Under the pieces are notes generated by a model. That model did no database searches and was not told the origin of the DNA. It saw nothing but the letters and a program-made list of their open reading frames with translations. The translations under genes were made by a program, and so were the position numbers. DNA of 21,141 bases from contig JBMNJG010000014.1 of assembly GCA_050951545.1 (NCBI GenBank), positions 1-21,141 of the forward strand, in the 5' to 3' direction. How positions within the stretch are numbered: position 1 is the first letter of the stretch; each line of letters begins with the position of its first letter. Origin of the DNA: Limnochordia bacterium. GTDB lineage: Bacteria > Bacillota > Limnochordia > DTU080. Shown here one piece after another: positions 1 through 8,860 of the stretch.

Positions 1-231
1 CCATGCATATAGCAGGTCGCACGCAGGAAAGCCTTCGAACCCAGTGAGGGCGTAGGCCCATAGATAAGCAGCCCAAAGATAGGCTTGGTAGTGGGGCGCA
101 CACGAAACCCATTCCTCGTTGTAGAACTGCCGCCATCCATCCCTGTCTGCGGGGAAGTTCCTCAGATCGATGCGGTTGCGGCGGAAGCCTAGTGTTCCAG
201 TTGTTCGCAGGTTAGCAGGCAGGCACCTCAG
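1..231 (-). pseudogene. Internal/C-terminal fragment of an uncharacterised protein, running off the left window edge
   Basis: Manual minus-strand translation is open and protein-like (LRCLPANLRTTGTLGFRRNRIDLRNFPADRDGWRQFYNEEWVSCAPHYQAYLWAAYLWAYALTGFEGF...) but has no start codon or RBS of its own; absent from the ORF track. Confidence 0.55.
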
Positions 232-241
232 AGGGGTGCAC

Positions 242-415
242 ACGCGAAATCGCGGCGAACACCCGTTCCTACGGCTAACTCAGCGTATGTGAACTGCCTT
301 TTGCGAGGTGGGTCCGTAGGTTTAGACAGCAGTAGGGCATAAACCACCTTGGCTCGATTGTCTCGATGCGATGTTCGGTACGTGAGGCCAGAATCCTTCC
401 ACAGCTGTCGCTGAA
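242..415 (-). pseudogene. Remnant of a helix-turn-helix protein
   Basis: Part of ORF 228..482 reads LWKDSGL...AKVVYALLL...QFTYAELAVGTGVRRD, resembling a winged-HTH start; truncated, no RBS. Confidence 0.35.
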
Positions 416-480
416 AACGCGTGCATTGCCAGCTAAGACCCGGTGGCCACCGGGAGTGAAATGCATTTCGCCCTCGGATC

Positions 481-1055
481 ATCGGCTGAGTGGGAAAAGG
501 CTATCGACACTGTTTGGTTATGTAGTGCCCAGTAGCTCCAGAAGGGCCACCAAGGCGGGAAGGCGTACTCTTCTGGGGGGAAAAGAGCCCTTCGGGCGGT
601 CAAAATGAGCAAAAAGGGCACCGCGAAGGCCGCATCGCTGCACTTTTACCACGTACATTGTGCCCGGGGGTAAATGGGGCGGCTCTCTTGCCATCGCGGC
701 CACATCCTTAGCCTGGCCTCACGTACCAATCCGGGTGCATCTGTCCGACTACCGAGCCAGTCTCGCGAGCGTGTGCATGGTGTCCGTCCACCCTTTTCGA
801 AATATACCGACCCGGTTAGCACTGAAGGGTCGGTCCGCAGAGGGACCCGAGCGAGCCCGCCGTGATCGCGCACTGGAGAGCTGACCCAATCGACTGAGTG
901 GGAAAAGGCAGTCACTACCGTTCGGTTATGTGCTGCCCAGTAGCCCCAGAAGCGAAATCAAGGCCGGAAAGCGTGCCCTTAGGCGGGGAAAAGAGCCCTT
1001 CAGGCCGTCCAAACCAGCCAAAAGTGCTCCGCGAAGGCCGCATCGCTGCGCTTAT
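481..1055. repeat. Tandem ~408-bp repeat array, left part: unit A (481-888) and first 167 bp of unit B (889-1055)
   Basis: Units start ATCG(G/A)CTGAGTGGGAAAAGG at 481 and 889 and align without gaps over the 167 bp up to the IS insertion. Confidence 0.93.
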
Positions 1056-1169
1056 TGTTTTTGATAGCCTCAAGTAGGGCCAAATGATCATCGAGAATGA
1101 GGCCACCAAAATTATCCAATTCCCTGTATGCTTGAAGTTGCGAAACAGAGCATACGGGGGGAAACTGGA

Positions 1170-2151
1170 GTGGTTAAGGTGGCCAAGGTTAAGGATATCA
1201 TTCATCTCTACGAACGGGAAGACTGGTCCAAGCGAAAGATTGCGAAGCATTTCGGGATTTCGAGGGGGACAGTGGATCGCGTGGTGGCCAACCCCGACAG
1301 ATATCTGCCAAAGTCGGAGCCTGTCGATCGCACGTCGTCAAAGATGACCACCCAGATCATGGCCTTCATCGATGGCATCATCGAGAGCGACAAGAAGATC
1401 AACCGTGAGCAGCGCCATACGAGCAGGCGGATATGGGAAAGGGTCATTGAGGAGTTCGGCGAGGACAGCTCGCCGGCAGAGTCGACGGTACGGCGGTATG
1501 TGGGTAAGGTTAAGAAGCGCAATCCCGAGCCGTTCATCCCCCTGGGCTTCGTTGCGGGGCAGAGCATGCAAGGGGATTTTGGAGAGGTCACGGTAAAGAT
1601 CGACGGTGAGAAGTGCAGAGTCTATTTCTGGGCACAACGCTTGAGTTACAGCAGAGCCACATGCGTCAGCGTATACCCCCGGGCGACTCAGGAGTGCTTT
1701 CTGGACGGCCAGCAACGGGCCCTGCAGTTCTTCGATGGCGTTCCGGTGATGCATATCATCGACAATCTGAAGGCCGCTATCAAGAGTGGCTTAGGCAGAA
1801 ACGCCGTTGAGACCGAGCGCTTCGATGCCTTTCAGACTCACTACGGCTTTCGTACGGAGGCCTGCAACGGAGCATCGGGTAACGAAAAAGGCCAGGTAGA
1901 AAGCCTTGTGGGGTTCATCCAGAGAAACTGGTTCTCCGGATTGCCTGAGTTCAATACCTGGGAAGAGCTGATCGCGTATGTGGACGCGCAAAACGTGCGT
2001 TACCTAAAGCGTCACCACCCGGAGGAGAGGGGGCGTACGGTGGGCGAGCTCCTCGAGGAGGAACGCCGCGTCTTACGAGCGCTTCCACCGCCATTCCGGT
2101 GCTGCAAAGAGGGCCCGGTAACGGCTTCGAAGACCAGCCTCGTGATATATG
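1170..2151 (+). pseudogene. istA: IS21 transposase IstA, 5' part, interrupted by the nested element (ORF track 1128..2189)
   Basis: N-terminal HTH (KRKIAKHFGISRGTV), DDE motifs QGDFG / IIDNLKA / KGQVE; GTG at 1170 follows a G-rich RBS; frame reads ...SLVIY then enters the inner element. Confidence 0.9.
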
Positions 2152-2560
2152 TGGATACGCTTCACTTCGACCCTACCAAAATGGCCTAGAAAGCTCACGG
2201 TAAGCTAGGCCGGTAAAACAGTGCGCTCACCAAAAACCTGCCATCGATCCAGACCCCAAGCTGCGGGCCATGGATTCTGATGGACAACTCCTCCATGAGT
2301 TGCCCACAGACTCCACAGCCCCGACCAAAGACATCCATTGATTCATTTATTCGTTGTTTCTGGCTGTTATCTAGTTGGGCACGCAGTTGTTTTCTTCGCG
2401 ATGGTACGCGGCCGCGGTAGGGGCCAACCCCCGGAATGCAGAAAACCCTCTTCTCGGGAAAAGAGTGAGCGTTCGAAGCACCCCCTCCAAACGGCTTGGC
2501 GAACCCAAACGAGGGATCCTTCATACGCTCCTCGGCCTGTCCCAGGAGAGGAGGGTTTTC

Positions 2561-3180
2561 ATGTCTATCCTACAACGCATGGGGTTGAATCTCAACATTG
2601 GGTCTGACGAAATTGAGGTAGTGAATCCGCCGGAACCACCTCGGGTGTGCCCCAAGTGCCATGGCAAGCTCATCAAATGGGGGAGCTATCAGCGAGAGGT
2701 GACCCTAGAGGAGCATCTCGGCAGGGTGTTCAAGATCCGTGTGCGCCGGATGCGTTGCAAGAAATGCGGCGTTACTCACGCAGTACTGCCACACTTTCTC
2801 GCTCCTCACCAGCATTTCGCCACTTCCGTGCGGCAGAAGTTGGTAGAAAAGTGGGCGCTGGGACCTCGATGCGGTGCTTGGCCACCGAATTTCACTGCAG
2901 TGTGGACACGGTGCGCCGCTGGGTAAGACGTGTCCTTTGCCGGGCACCGCTGTTGGTTGAACTCATAGAACGGATGTATGGGATCTCCGGAGAATCTCTC
3001 GGCGCCGCGTGCAGCAATACCACAACAGGCCCTGTGGATGCGCGGCGAAAAGAGGTGGCCCGAATCCTTGAATGGGTAGCTCGTCTAGGGGAGTTGACGT
3101 TAGGCCAAACACTTACAGCACAAATAGGTAGCTGGGCTGCAGCTAACACGCAAGAGCCTTTTGGCGGAATGTGGTTGTAA
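2561..3180 (+). pseudogene. DUF6431-like zinc-ribbon protein with C-terminal HTH, frameshifted near 2855
   Basis: RBS AGGAGGG before ATG 2561; CPKC...WGSYQR...RRMRCKKCGVTHAVLPHFLAP in one frame, HTH (SMRCLATEFHCSVDTVRRWV) continuing in the frame of ORF 2647..3180. Confidence 0.75.
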
Positions 3181-3351
3181 CGGCAGATCAACAAAAGGTG
3201 CTTGTTTTGGCGCGCCCAAAAGAGGCGGCCCAATGTTTCTGAATCGTAGAACAGGCCCGCACCGCCAGCGACACCAACATACTGTGCCAGCTATCTCCCC
3301 CCGTGGTTTCGCGCGAAGATCAGGGTATCTCACTTTATGGAGGTGCCCGTG

Positions 3352-4260
3352 ATGGAGTGTCCGAGCATCACCGCCATTCCCTTAGGCGTGATTCGAGGAA
3401 ACGCTTTTCTGCGAGCCGCTGTCACCAAGAAGGAGATCGATCGCTGGAAAACGTTGTTCAGTCGACATGGCCCCCTTGCACCGTTAGTGGTTCGCCCCGC
3501 GAAAGACGGGGGCTTCCGTGTCATCGCCGGTGAACGGGAGCTCGAAGCTGCACGGGAACTGAAAGTTTCCACTGCAGATGTCGTCGTGGTTCCGCTCGAA
3601 AGTGACACCGAAGCCCACAAGCTGTCTCTACAACTGCTTTCCCTGCGGAACTCGCCAAATCACCTGGAAGAGGCCCTAATCATCCGTGAGGTCCTTTATG
3701 ACAAGACGGTTTCTCAGGCCGACTTGGCCAAGCTGTGCGGCCATTCGCTTAGCTGGGTCAGTAAGCGATTGCACTTGGTGCAATCGCTCGAGGACACGGT
3801 GATCGACTTAGTCTCGCAACGCGTCTTGGCCCCGGCAACGGCGCAAGAGATTGCCAAACTGCCGTCTGCACACCAACATGCCTTTGCGTGTCGCGTGGTC
3901 GCCGATCGAATCCCCAAATCTGTGGTTGAAAAGCTGGTCAGTCTGTACAACGCATCGGGCGCTTCGGACGAGCTGCGTAAGCGGATCTTAGCTTGCCCGC
4001 AAGACACGTTGGATGCCATCCGAAGGGACGCCGAAAGGCTTGGGCGGCCGGCGGTAGAGGAAGACGCCACCAACAAACGACTCGAAAAGGCATCGCGCCT
4101 TTTGGGTCGCCTGCTCGAAGAAATCGTGACTCTTGCTTCCACCCAGCCGCTGAGCCAACGCCAATGCACTATTGTTCGCCGCATCCGGGAGCTGTCGGAG
4201 GCCTTTGCCCTGCGCCTTGAAGTGCTTTTGGAAACGCCGAATTTTCCCCAGGGAAAATGA
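3352..4260 (+). CDS. ParB/RepB/Spo0J-family protein, IS-borne and divergent
   Basis: PLAPLVVRP...FRVIAGERELEAA ParB N-terminal domain; HTH SQADLAKLCGHSLSWVSKRLHL; RBS GGAGGTG before ATG 3352 (ORF track start 3337). Confidence 0.85.
   Translation: MECPSITAIPLGVIRGNAFLRAAVTKKEIDRWKTLFSRHGPLAPLVVRPAKDGGFRVIAGERELEAARELKVSTADVVVVPLESDTEAHKLSLQLLSLRNSPNHLEEALIIREVLYDKTVSQADLAKLCGHSLSWVSKRLHLVQSLEDTVIDLVSQRVLAPATAQEIAKLPSAHQHAFACRVVADRIPKSVVEKLVSLYNASGASDELRKRILACPQDTLDAIRRDAERLGRPAVEEDATNKRLEKASRLLGRLLEEIVTLASTQPLSQRQCTIVRRIRELSEAFALRLEVLLETPNFPQGK
4241..4258. promoter_or_regulatory. Palindrome ATTTTCCC-CA-GGGAAAAT, candidate ParB-type binding site
   Basis: 8-bp inverted arms in the last codons of the parB-like gene, just upstream of istA; function is inferred. 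Confidence 0.4.
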
Positions 4261-4275
4261 GAGGATGTGCCAGTC

Positions 4276-5772
4276 ATGACCATTGATGTGGACACTTACA
4301 ACAGGATTCGGCGTCTTTACGCGGTCGACAAAATGCCGCAACGCCGGATCGCCAGTGTGTTGGGCATTAGCCGCGACACAGTCGCTCGTTACTGCGAAGG
4401 GGAGAGATTGCCCGGCGAACGACAAAGGGCTCAGCCCAGGCGGACCCCTCTGCAAGAGATAGTCGAGCCTCTTATCCTTGAGTGCTTAGCCGCCAACGAA
4501 GAGGTAGCTAGAAAAAAGGATCGCATGGATGCCAAGGGCATATGGCGCTACCTGGTCGAAGAAAAAGGCATCGACATCGGGCAATCCACAGTGCGTCGTT
4601 TGGTGGCTAAACTGAAACACAAGACCCCCGAAGCGTTCATTCCCCTGTCTTTTAACCCCGGCGAAGCCATGCAGGTGGACTGGGGCGATGTCAACGCCGT
4701 CATTGGCGGCGTTGATACACCCGTCTCCATGTTCTGTGCCGTCTTGCCCTTCAGCTATTGCATCTTCGTCGCAGCGTTTCCCAACAAAAGCAAGGAGTCC
4801 TTCTTCACGGGTCATGTCATGGCCTTTGACTTCTTCAATGGCGTACCTAGGCGCTGCATCTACGACAATTTGAAGACCGCAGTTGCCGAGGGCTCCGGCG
4901 CCAATGCCAAAGAGCAAACAAGCTTCAACTTGATGGCCGCGCACTATGCCTTCGAGGCCATCTTCTGCAACGCCGCCGCCGGTTGGGAGAAGGGCGGGGT
5001 AGAAAACCTAGTGTCTATTGCGCGAGCTGCCGTCTTTACGCCCAAGCCCAAAGCTGCCAGCTTCCAGGAATTGCAGGAGATCATCCTCAATCGATGTCTA
5101 GCCTATCGCGAGAAACACAGGGCCCGCGGTCGCAAGCTCTCCGTTGCAGAGGCCTATGAACAGGAAAAAGAACACCTTCTGCCTCTGCCCAAAATGACAT
5201 TCGAGGCCGCCAAAGTAGCGATCACGAAAGTGGGTACCGATTGCACGGTCCGCTTCGATGGCAACAAATACTCCGTCCCCTGGAGTTTTGTCGGCCGCCA
5301 CGTAACGGTGCGGGCAACTCCGTTTGCCATCTTGGCTTTTCACGACGGCAAACTCATAGCAGAACACCGGCGCACCTATGTACGCAACGACCATCAATGG
5401 AATCCTGATCACTACCTTGAACTCTTGGAGCGGCGTCCCAGAGCAAAAGAGAATGCTGCGCCGCTAAAGCACGGGCAATGGCCACCCGATATTGTTCGGT
5501 TTCGTGAGCTTTACCAGGGAAGTAACCTTAATGAGGAGCTCGTGCGACTGCTGCGCCTCGCACGGCTTGTGGGTTCGGAGGCACTGCTAAAGGCCGTGGA
5601 GCATGTCAACAGCGAACAAGCCCCCACCTATGCCCTTGTGCTGTATCAAGTGCAGCAGATGGGTGTCTTACCTCCTATGGGATCGGATCCGGTGACCGTT
5701 GACCATAACGATCTCAGCCTTTACGATCAACTTCTCCCTCAGGAAGGTGGCCATGATGAGCGTCCAAAGTGA
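4276..5772 (+). CDS. istA: IS21 family transposase IstA (inner element), apparently intact
   Basis: ~500 aa; HTH (RRIASVLGISRDTVARY); QVDWG / YDNLKT / KGGVEN DDE triad; VRFDGNKYSVP C-terminal motif. Confidence 0.95.
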   Translation: MTIDVDTYNRIRRLYAVDKMPQRRIASVLGISRDTVARYCEGERLPGERQRAQPRRTPLQEIVEPLILECLAANEEVARKKDRMDAKGIWRYLVEEKGIDIGQSTVRRLVAKLKHKTPEAFIPLSFNPGEAMQVDWGDVNAVIGGVDTPVSMFCAVLPFSYCIFVAAFPNKSKESFFTGHVMAFDFFNGVPRRCIYDNLKTAVAEGSGANAKEQTSFNLMAAHYAFEAIFCNAAAGWEKGGVENLVSIARAAVFTPKPKAASFQELQEIILNRCLAYREKHRARGRKLSVAEAYEQEKEHLLPLPKMTFEAAKVAITKVGTDCTVRFDGNKYSVPWSFVGRHVTVRATPFAILAFHDGKLIAEHRRTYVRNDHQWNPDHYLELLERRPRAKENAAPLKHGQWPPDIVRFRELYQGSNLNEELVRLLRLARLVGSEALLKAVEHVNSEQAPTYALVLYQVQQMGVLPPMGSDPVTVDHNDLSLYDQLLPQEGGHDERPK

Positions 5773-6513
5773 CATCCAATCCCTAGCCCGCCGGCTTAGG
5801 CTTCCGGCCATTGCAGACTACCGAGAGTATCTTGCCGAGGACCCCGAGCCCCTCTTCCTTGAGGGGCTCTTGCAGCTCCTTCAAGCAGAGTTGGCCGGCC
5901 GGGAAGAACGCGGCTTTGCTCGTCGGCTTAAAGAATCACGGCTTTCCATGCTGAAGACGCTGGACGTCTTTGAACGCCATCGATTGCCGCACTTGCCAAG
6001 CACGCAGATCGATGAACTCCTACCTGTTCATTCATCCGGAACCACTACAACGTCCTTGCTGTGGGCAATTCCGGCACGGGCAAGACGCACTTGGGCATGG
6101 CCTTGGGCATCGAAGCCCTACGACAGGGTTTTTCGGTGCGCTTCGCCGGCGTCATGCCCCTTCTGGATCAGTTGATCGAAGCAAGGGACAACAAGGAATT
6201 GAGTCAGCAGATGCGGCCCCTTGAGAACTGCGATCTGCTTATCCTTGACGAGTTCGGCTACCTGCATCTGTCGCCACCGCAGGCCTCGATGCTCTTTCAG
6301 CTGTTCGCGATTCGCCACGAACGCAAAAGCACCTATGTGACTACAAACCTTGAGTTCTCCAAATGGGTGGACTCTATCGGCGATCTGACACTCACGGCAG
6401 CCTTGGTTGACTGATTTGCCCACAAATCCATTCTCCTCAACATGAACGGGCCGAGCTATCGCCTTGAGGAAGGGCGTGGAGCCACAAGGAACAAAAAAGC
6501 CCGGGAGCAATAG
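5753..6513 (+). pseudogene. istB: IS21 helper ATPase IstB (inner element), frameshift near 6020 and premature TGA at 6412-6414
   Basis: LARRLRLP N-terminus; Walker A GNSGTGKT and Walker B LLILDEFG in a second frame; ALVD*FAHKSILLNMNGPSYR, where the stop replaces the conserved Arg. Confidence 0.9.
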
Positions 6514-6614
6514 CCACCGTAGCCGACTTTCGCTGGCCTAGTTTTGATGAGCATACAGGGGGTCACGATGGAAACATCGCTGGCCCCCTTTCCTATGAGC
6601 GTTTCCAATATATG

Positions 6615-7150
6615 ACACAAACCAGTATTCTGTTCCGACGGAGAAACGACTGGAAGCGCTGACTCTTAGGGCCTATCCTTGGCATGTCGAAGTCCTCTGT
6701 GACCACCAGGTGATCGCAACGCACGTCAGGTCATACGTAAAGCGGACCGTCTCCTTTGAACTATCGCATTACCTGACGGCATTACTGCGCAAACCCCGTG
6801 CTCTGCCGTTTGCGAAGCCATTCCAGCGGGCTTGCCTCGAACCCATCATGCGGCAGCTCTATGATCGTCTGCTTGAGGTGGACCCTGATCGCGCTAATCG
6901 TCGCTGGATAGAGATTGCCATCTGGGGTATGGAGTTGGACCCGGCCAGGTTCTACAGAACTATTGAGCAGGCACTTAAGCTGGACCGATTTGATATGGAG
7001 AGCCTCCGTTACCTCCACACCCAGTTGGATTTGGAGCCGGGTCAGCCCAAGTCAGAACCGGCGAAGGTTGAGGATCGCCTGAGCTTCTCAATCGTACACG
7101 AATCGATCAATCGCTTCTCAGAGCTTCTTTCGGGGGGCATGGGCCTGTGA
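6615..7150 (+). pseudogene. istA: IstA 3' part of the outer IS21
   Basis: Rejoining 2151 to 6615 restores SLVIYDTNQYSVP...VIATHVR in frame, giving a 505-aa IstA from the 1170 start. Confidence 0.9.
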
Positions 7151-7912
7151 GTACAGAGGTGATACCTTCTTTACCTCAAGACGCTTGGACTACCCGGTAT
7201 TGCCCGTTCCTATGAGAAACTAGCCGCTCAGGCCCGGCGCGACCGTTGTGGATACGAGGAGTTCCTGCAGAGCCTTTTGCAGGAGGAGTTGCAGAATCGC
7301 AAAGTGAGCCGTGTTCGGACGCTCCTCAAATCGGCACGATTCCCTCTGCTGAAGCAGCTAGACACGTTTGAGTTCGACGAAATCCCTTCTCTCAACCGAC
7401 AAGTGGTGAAGGAGCTCGCCAGAAATCACTACATCCCCGCTAAGGAAAACGTCCTGATCTGTGGCAACAGCGGCACGGGAAAGACACATGTCGCCACCGC
7501 GTTAGGCATATCAGCCTGCGAAGCTGGGTACCGGGTCCGTTTCACCACAACGCAAGCGCTGGCAAACGACCTGCTTGCAGCCAGGGAGGAGCATTCACTC
7601 AACCGGTACGAAAAGCAGTGGTCGAGGATCGATTTGGCGATCATCGACGAGCTGGGGTACTTACCATTCGATGCGACTACGGCCCAACTCCTATTCCAGT
7701 TCATCTCCGCCCGCTACGAACTCGGGAGCATCATGATCACTACCAATCTCGAGTTTGCTCAGTGGACGGAAGTCTTCGGTGATGAGCGCATGACGATTGC
7801 CCTGCTCGACAGGCTGACCCATCGTGCACACATCCTACTCATGAACGGAGAAAGCTATCGGTTCAAGAACAACCGGCGCGCCGGCCAAGGAGGCGATGCG
7901 CCGAGCGCGTAA
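7147..7912 (+). CDS. istB: IS21 helper ATPase IstB (outer element), probable frameshift near 7165
   Basis: GNSGTGKT, IIDELGY, ITTNLEF, LDRLTH motifs; the GTG overlapping the istA stop (7147) is out of frame with LLYLKTLGLP..., whose frame has a TGA at 7160. Confidence 0.9.
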
Positions 7913-7977
7913 CCCCGACAGGGTGGCTCTATTCTGGTGATCAAATGGCCTCATTCTCGATTGACAAACACACTTAT

Positions 7978-8669
7978 ACCACGCACACTGGCTCCGGGGG
8001 TAAATGGGGCGGCTCTCTTGCCATCGCGGCCACATCCTTAGCCCGGCCTCACGTACCAATCCGGGTGCATCTGTCCGACTACCGAGCCAGTCTCGCGAGC
8101 GTGTGCATGGTGTCCGTCCACCCTTTTCGAAATATACCGACCGGGTTAGCACTGAAGGGTCGGTCCGCAGAGGGACCCGAGCGAGCCCGCTGTGATCGCG
8201 CACTGGGGAGCTGACCCCATCGACTGAGTGGGAAAAGGCTATCGACACTGTTCGGTTATGTGCTGCCCAGTAGCCCCAGAAGGGCCACCAAGGCGGGAAA
8301 GTGTGCCCTTAGGCGGTGAAAAGAGCCCTTCGGGCGATCAAAATCAGTAAAAAGGGCTCCGCGAAGCCCGCATCGCTGCGCTTTTACCACGTACATTGGG
8401 CCCGGGGGTTAATGAGGCGGCTCTCTTGCCATCGCGGCCACATCCTTAGCCCGGCCTCACATACCAATCCGGCTGGTGTCCGACTACCGAGCCTGTTTCG
8501 CGAGCGCGTCCATCGCATCTGTCCACCTTTTTCCAAATGCACCGACCGGGATAACAGTGAAGGTGGGTCCGCAGAGGGACCCGAGTGAGCCCGCCGTGAT
8601 CGAGCACTGGGGAGCGGATCCAATCGTTTGAGTGGGAAAAGGCAGTCACTACCGTTCGGTTATGTGCTG
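7978..8669. repeat. Tandem ~408-bp repeat array, right part: rest of unit B (7978-8218), unit C (8219-8622, 404 bp), partial unit D (8623-8669)
   Basis: 7978-8218 is nearly identical to 648-888; unit starts recur at 8219 and 8623. Confidence 0.93.
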
Positions 8670-8699
8670 GTTTGATGGGTAAAAACCAGCATCCGTGTT

Positions 8700-8857
8700 G
8701 CGCCAGGATAGTGAACTTGGGCAGTGCCTGTAGGCACCTCAGATAGGGCTTCGGGCAGAGTACAAAAGCGCAGGCAGGAGTAGCCACAATCCACGAGGAC
8801 ACGATAGAGGTCATTGCTCTCAGAGCAGACGAGGGCGATGGGTTTTTCTGGGTGCAC
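8700..8857 (-). pseudogene. Truncated N-terminus of an uncharacterised protein
   Basis: RBS GGGGAGGA and GTG start; MHPEKPIALVCSESNDLYRVLVDCGYSCLRFCTLPEALSEVPTG, then runs into the repeat array. Confidence 0.5.
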
Positions 8858-8860
8858 GCT

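Larger units (their letters stand above)
2152..6607 (+). mobile_element. Inner IS21-family element with passenger genes (zinc-ribbon/HTH, ParB-like, istA, istB), 4456 bp
   Basis: Termini TGGATACGCT (2152) and AGCGTTTCCA (6607); TSD ATATATG at 2145-2151 and 6608-6614; two subterminal CGCTGGCC-N-ATGAGC repeats at the right end with related inverted copies at ~2193-2246. Confidence 0.92.
1056..7972 (+). mobile_element. Outer IS21-family insertion sequence (2454 bp once the nested element is removed)
   Basis: Ends TGTTTTTG... (1056) and ...CAAACACA (7972); ATCGAGAATGAGGCCA present in inverted orientation at both ends; TSD CTTAT at 1051-1055 and 7973-7977; istA and istB inside. Confidence 0.93.

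Noticed and set aside
518-915. Short ORFs within the 408-bp units (also 7835-8623)
   Set aside because: No RBS or recognisable motifs; they recur only because the DNA is repeated, and frames break in unit C.
2448-2463. Second NBS-like site (CTCTTCTCGGGAAAAG)
   Set aside because: Poor symmetry; could easily arise by chance.
481-8669. Repeats as flanking direct repeats of a composite transposon, or as a DGR template/variable pair
   Set aside because: The CTTAT TSD shows the IS interrupted a pre-existing unit; no reverse transcriptase in the window and differences are not adenine-specific.
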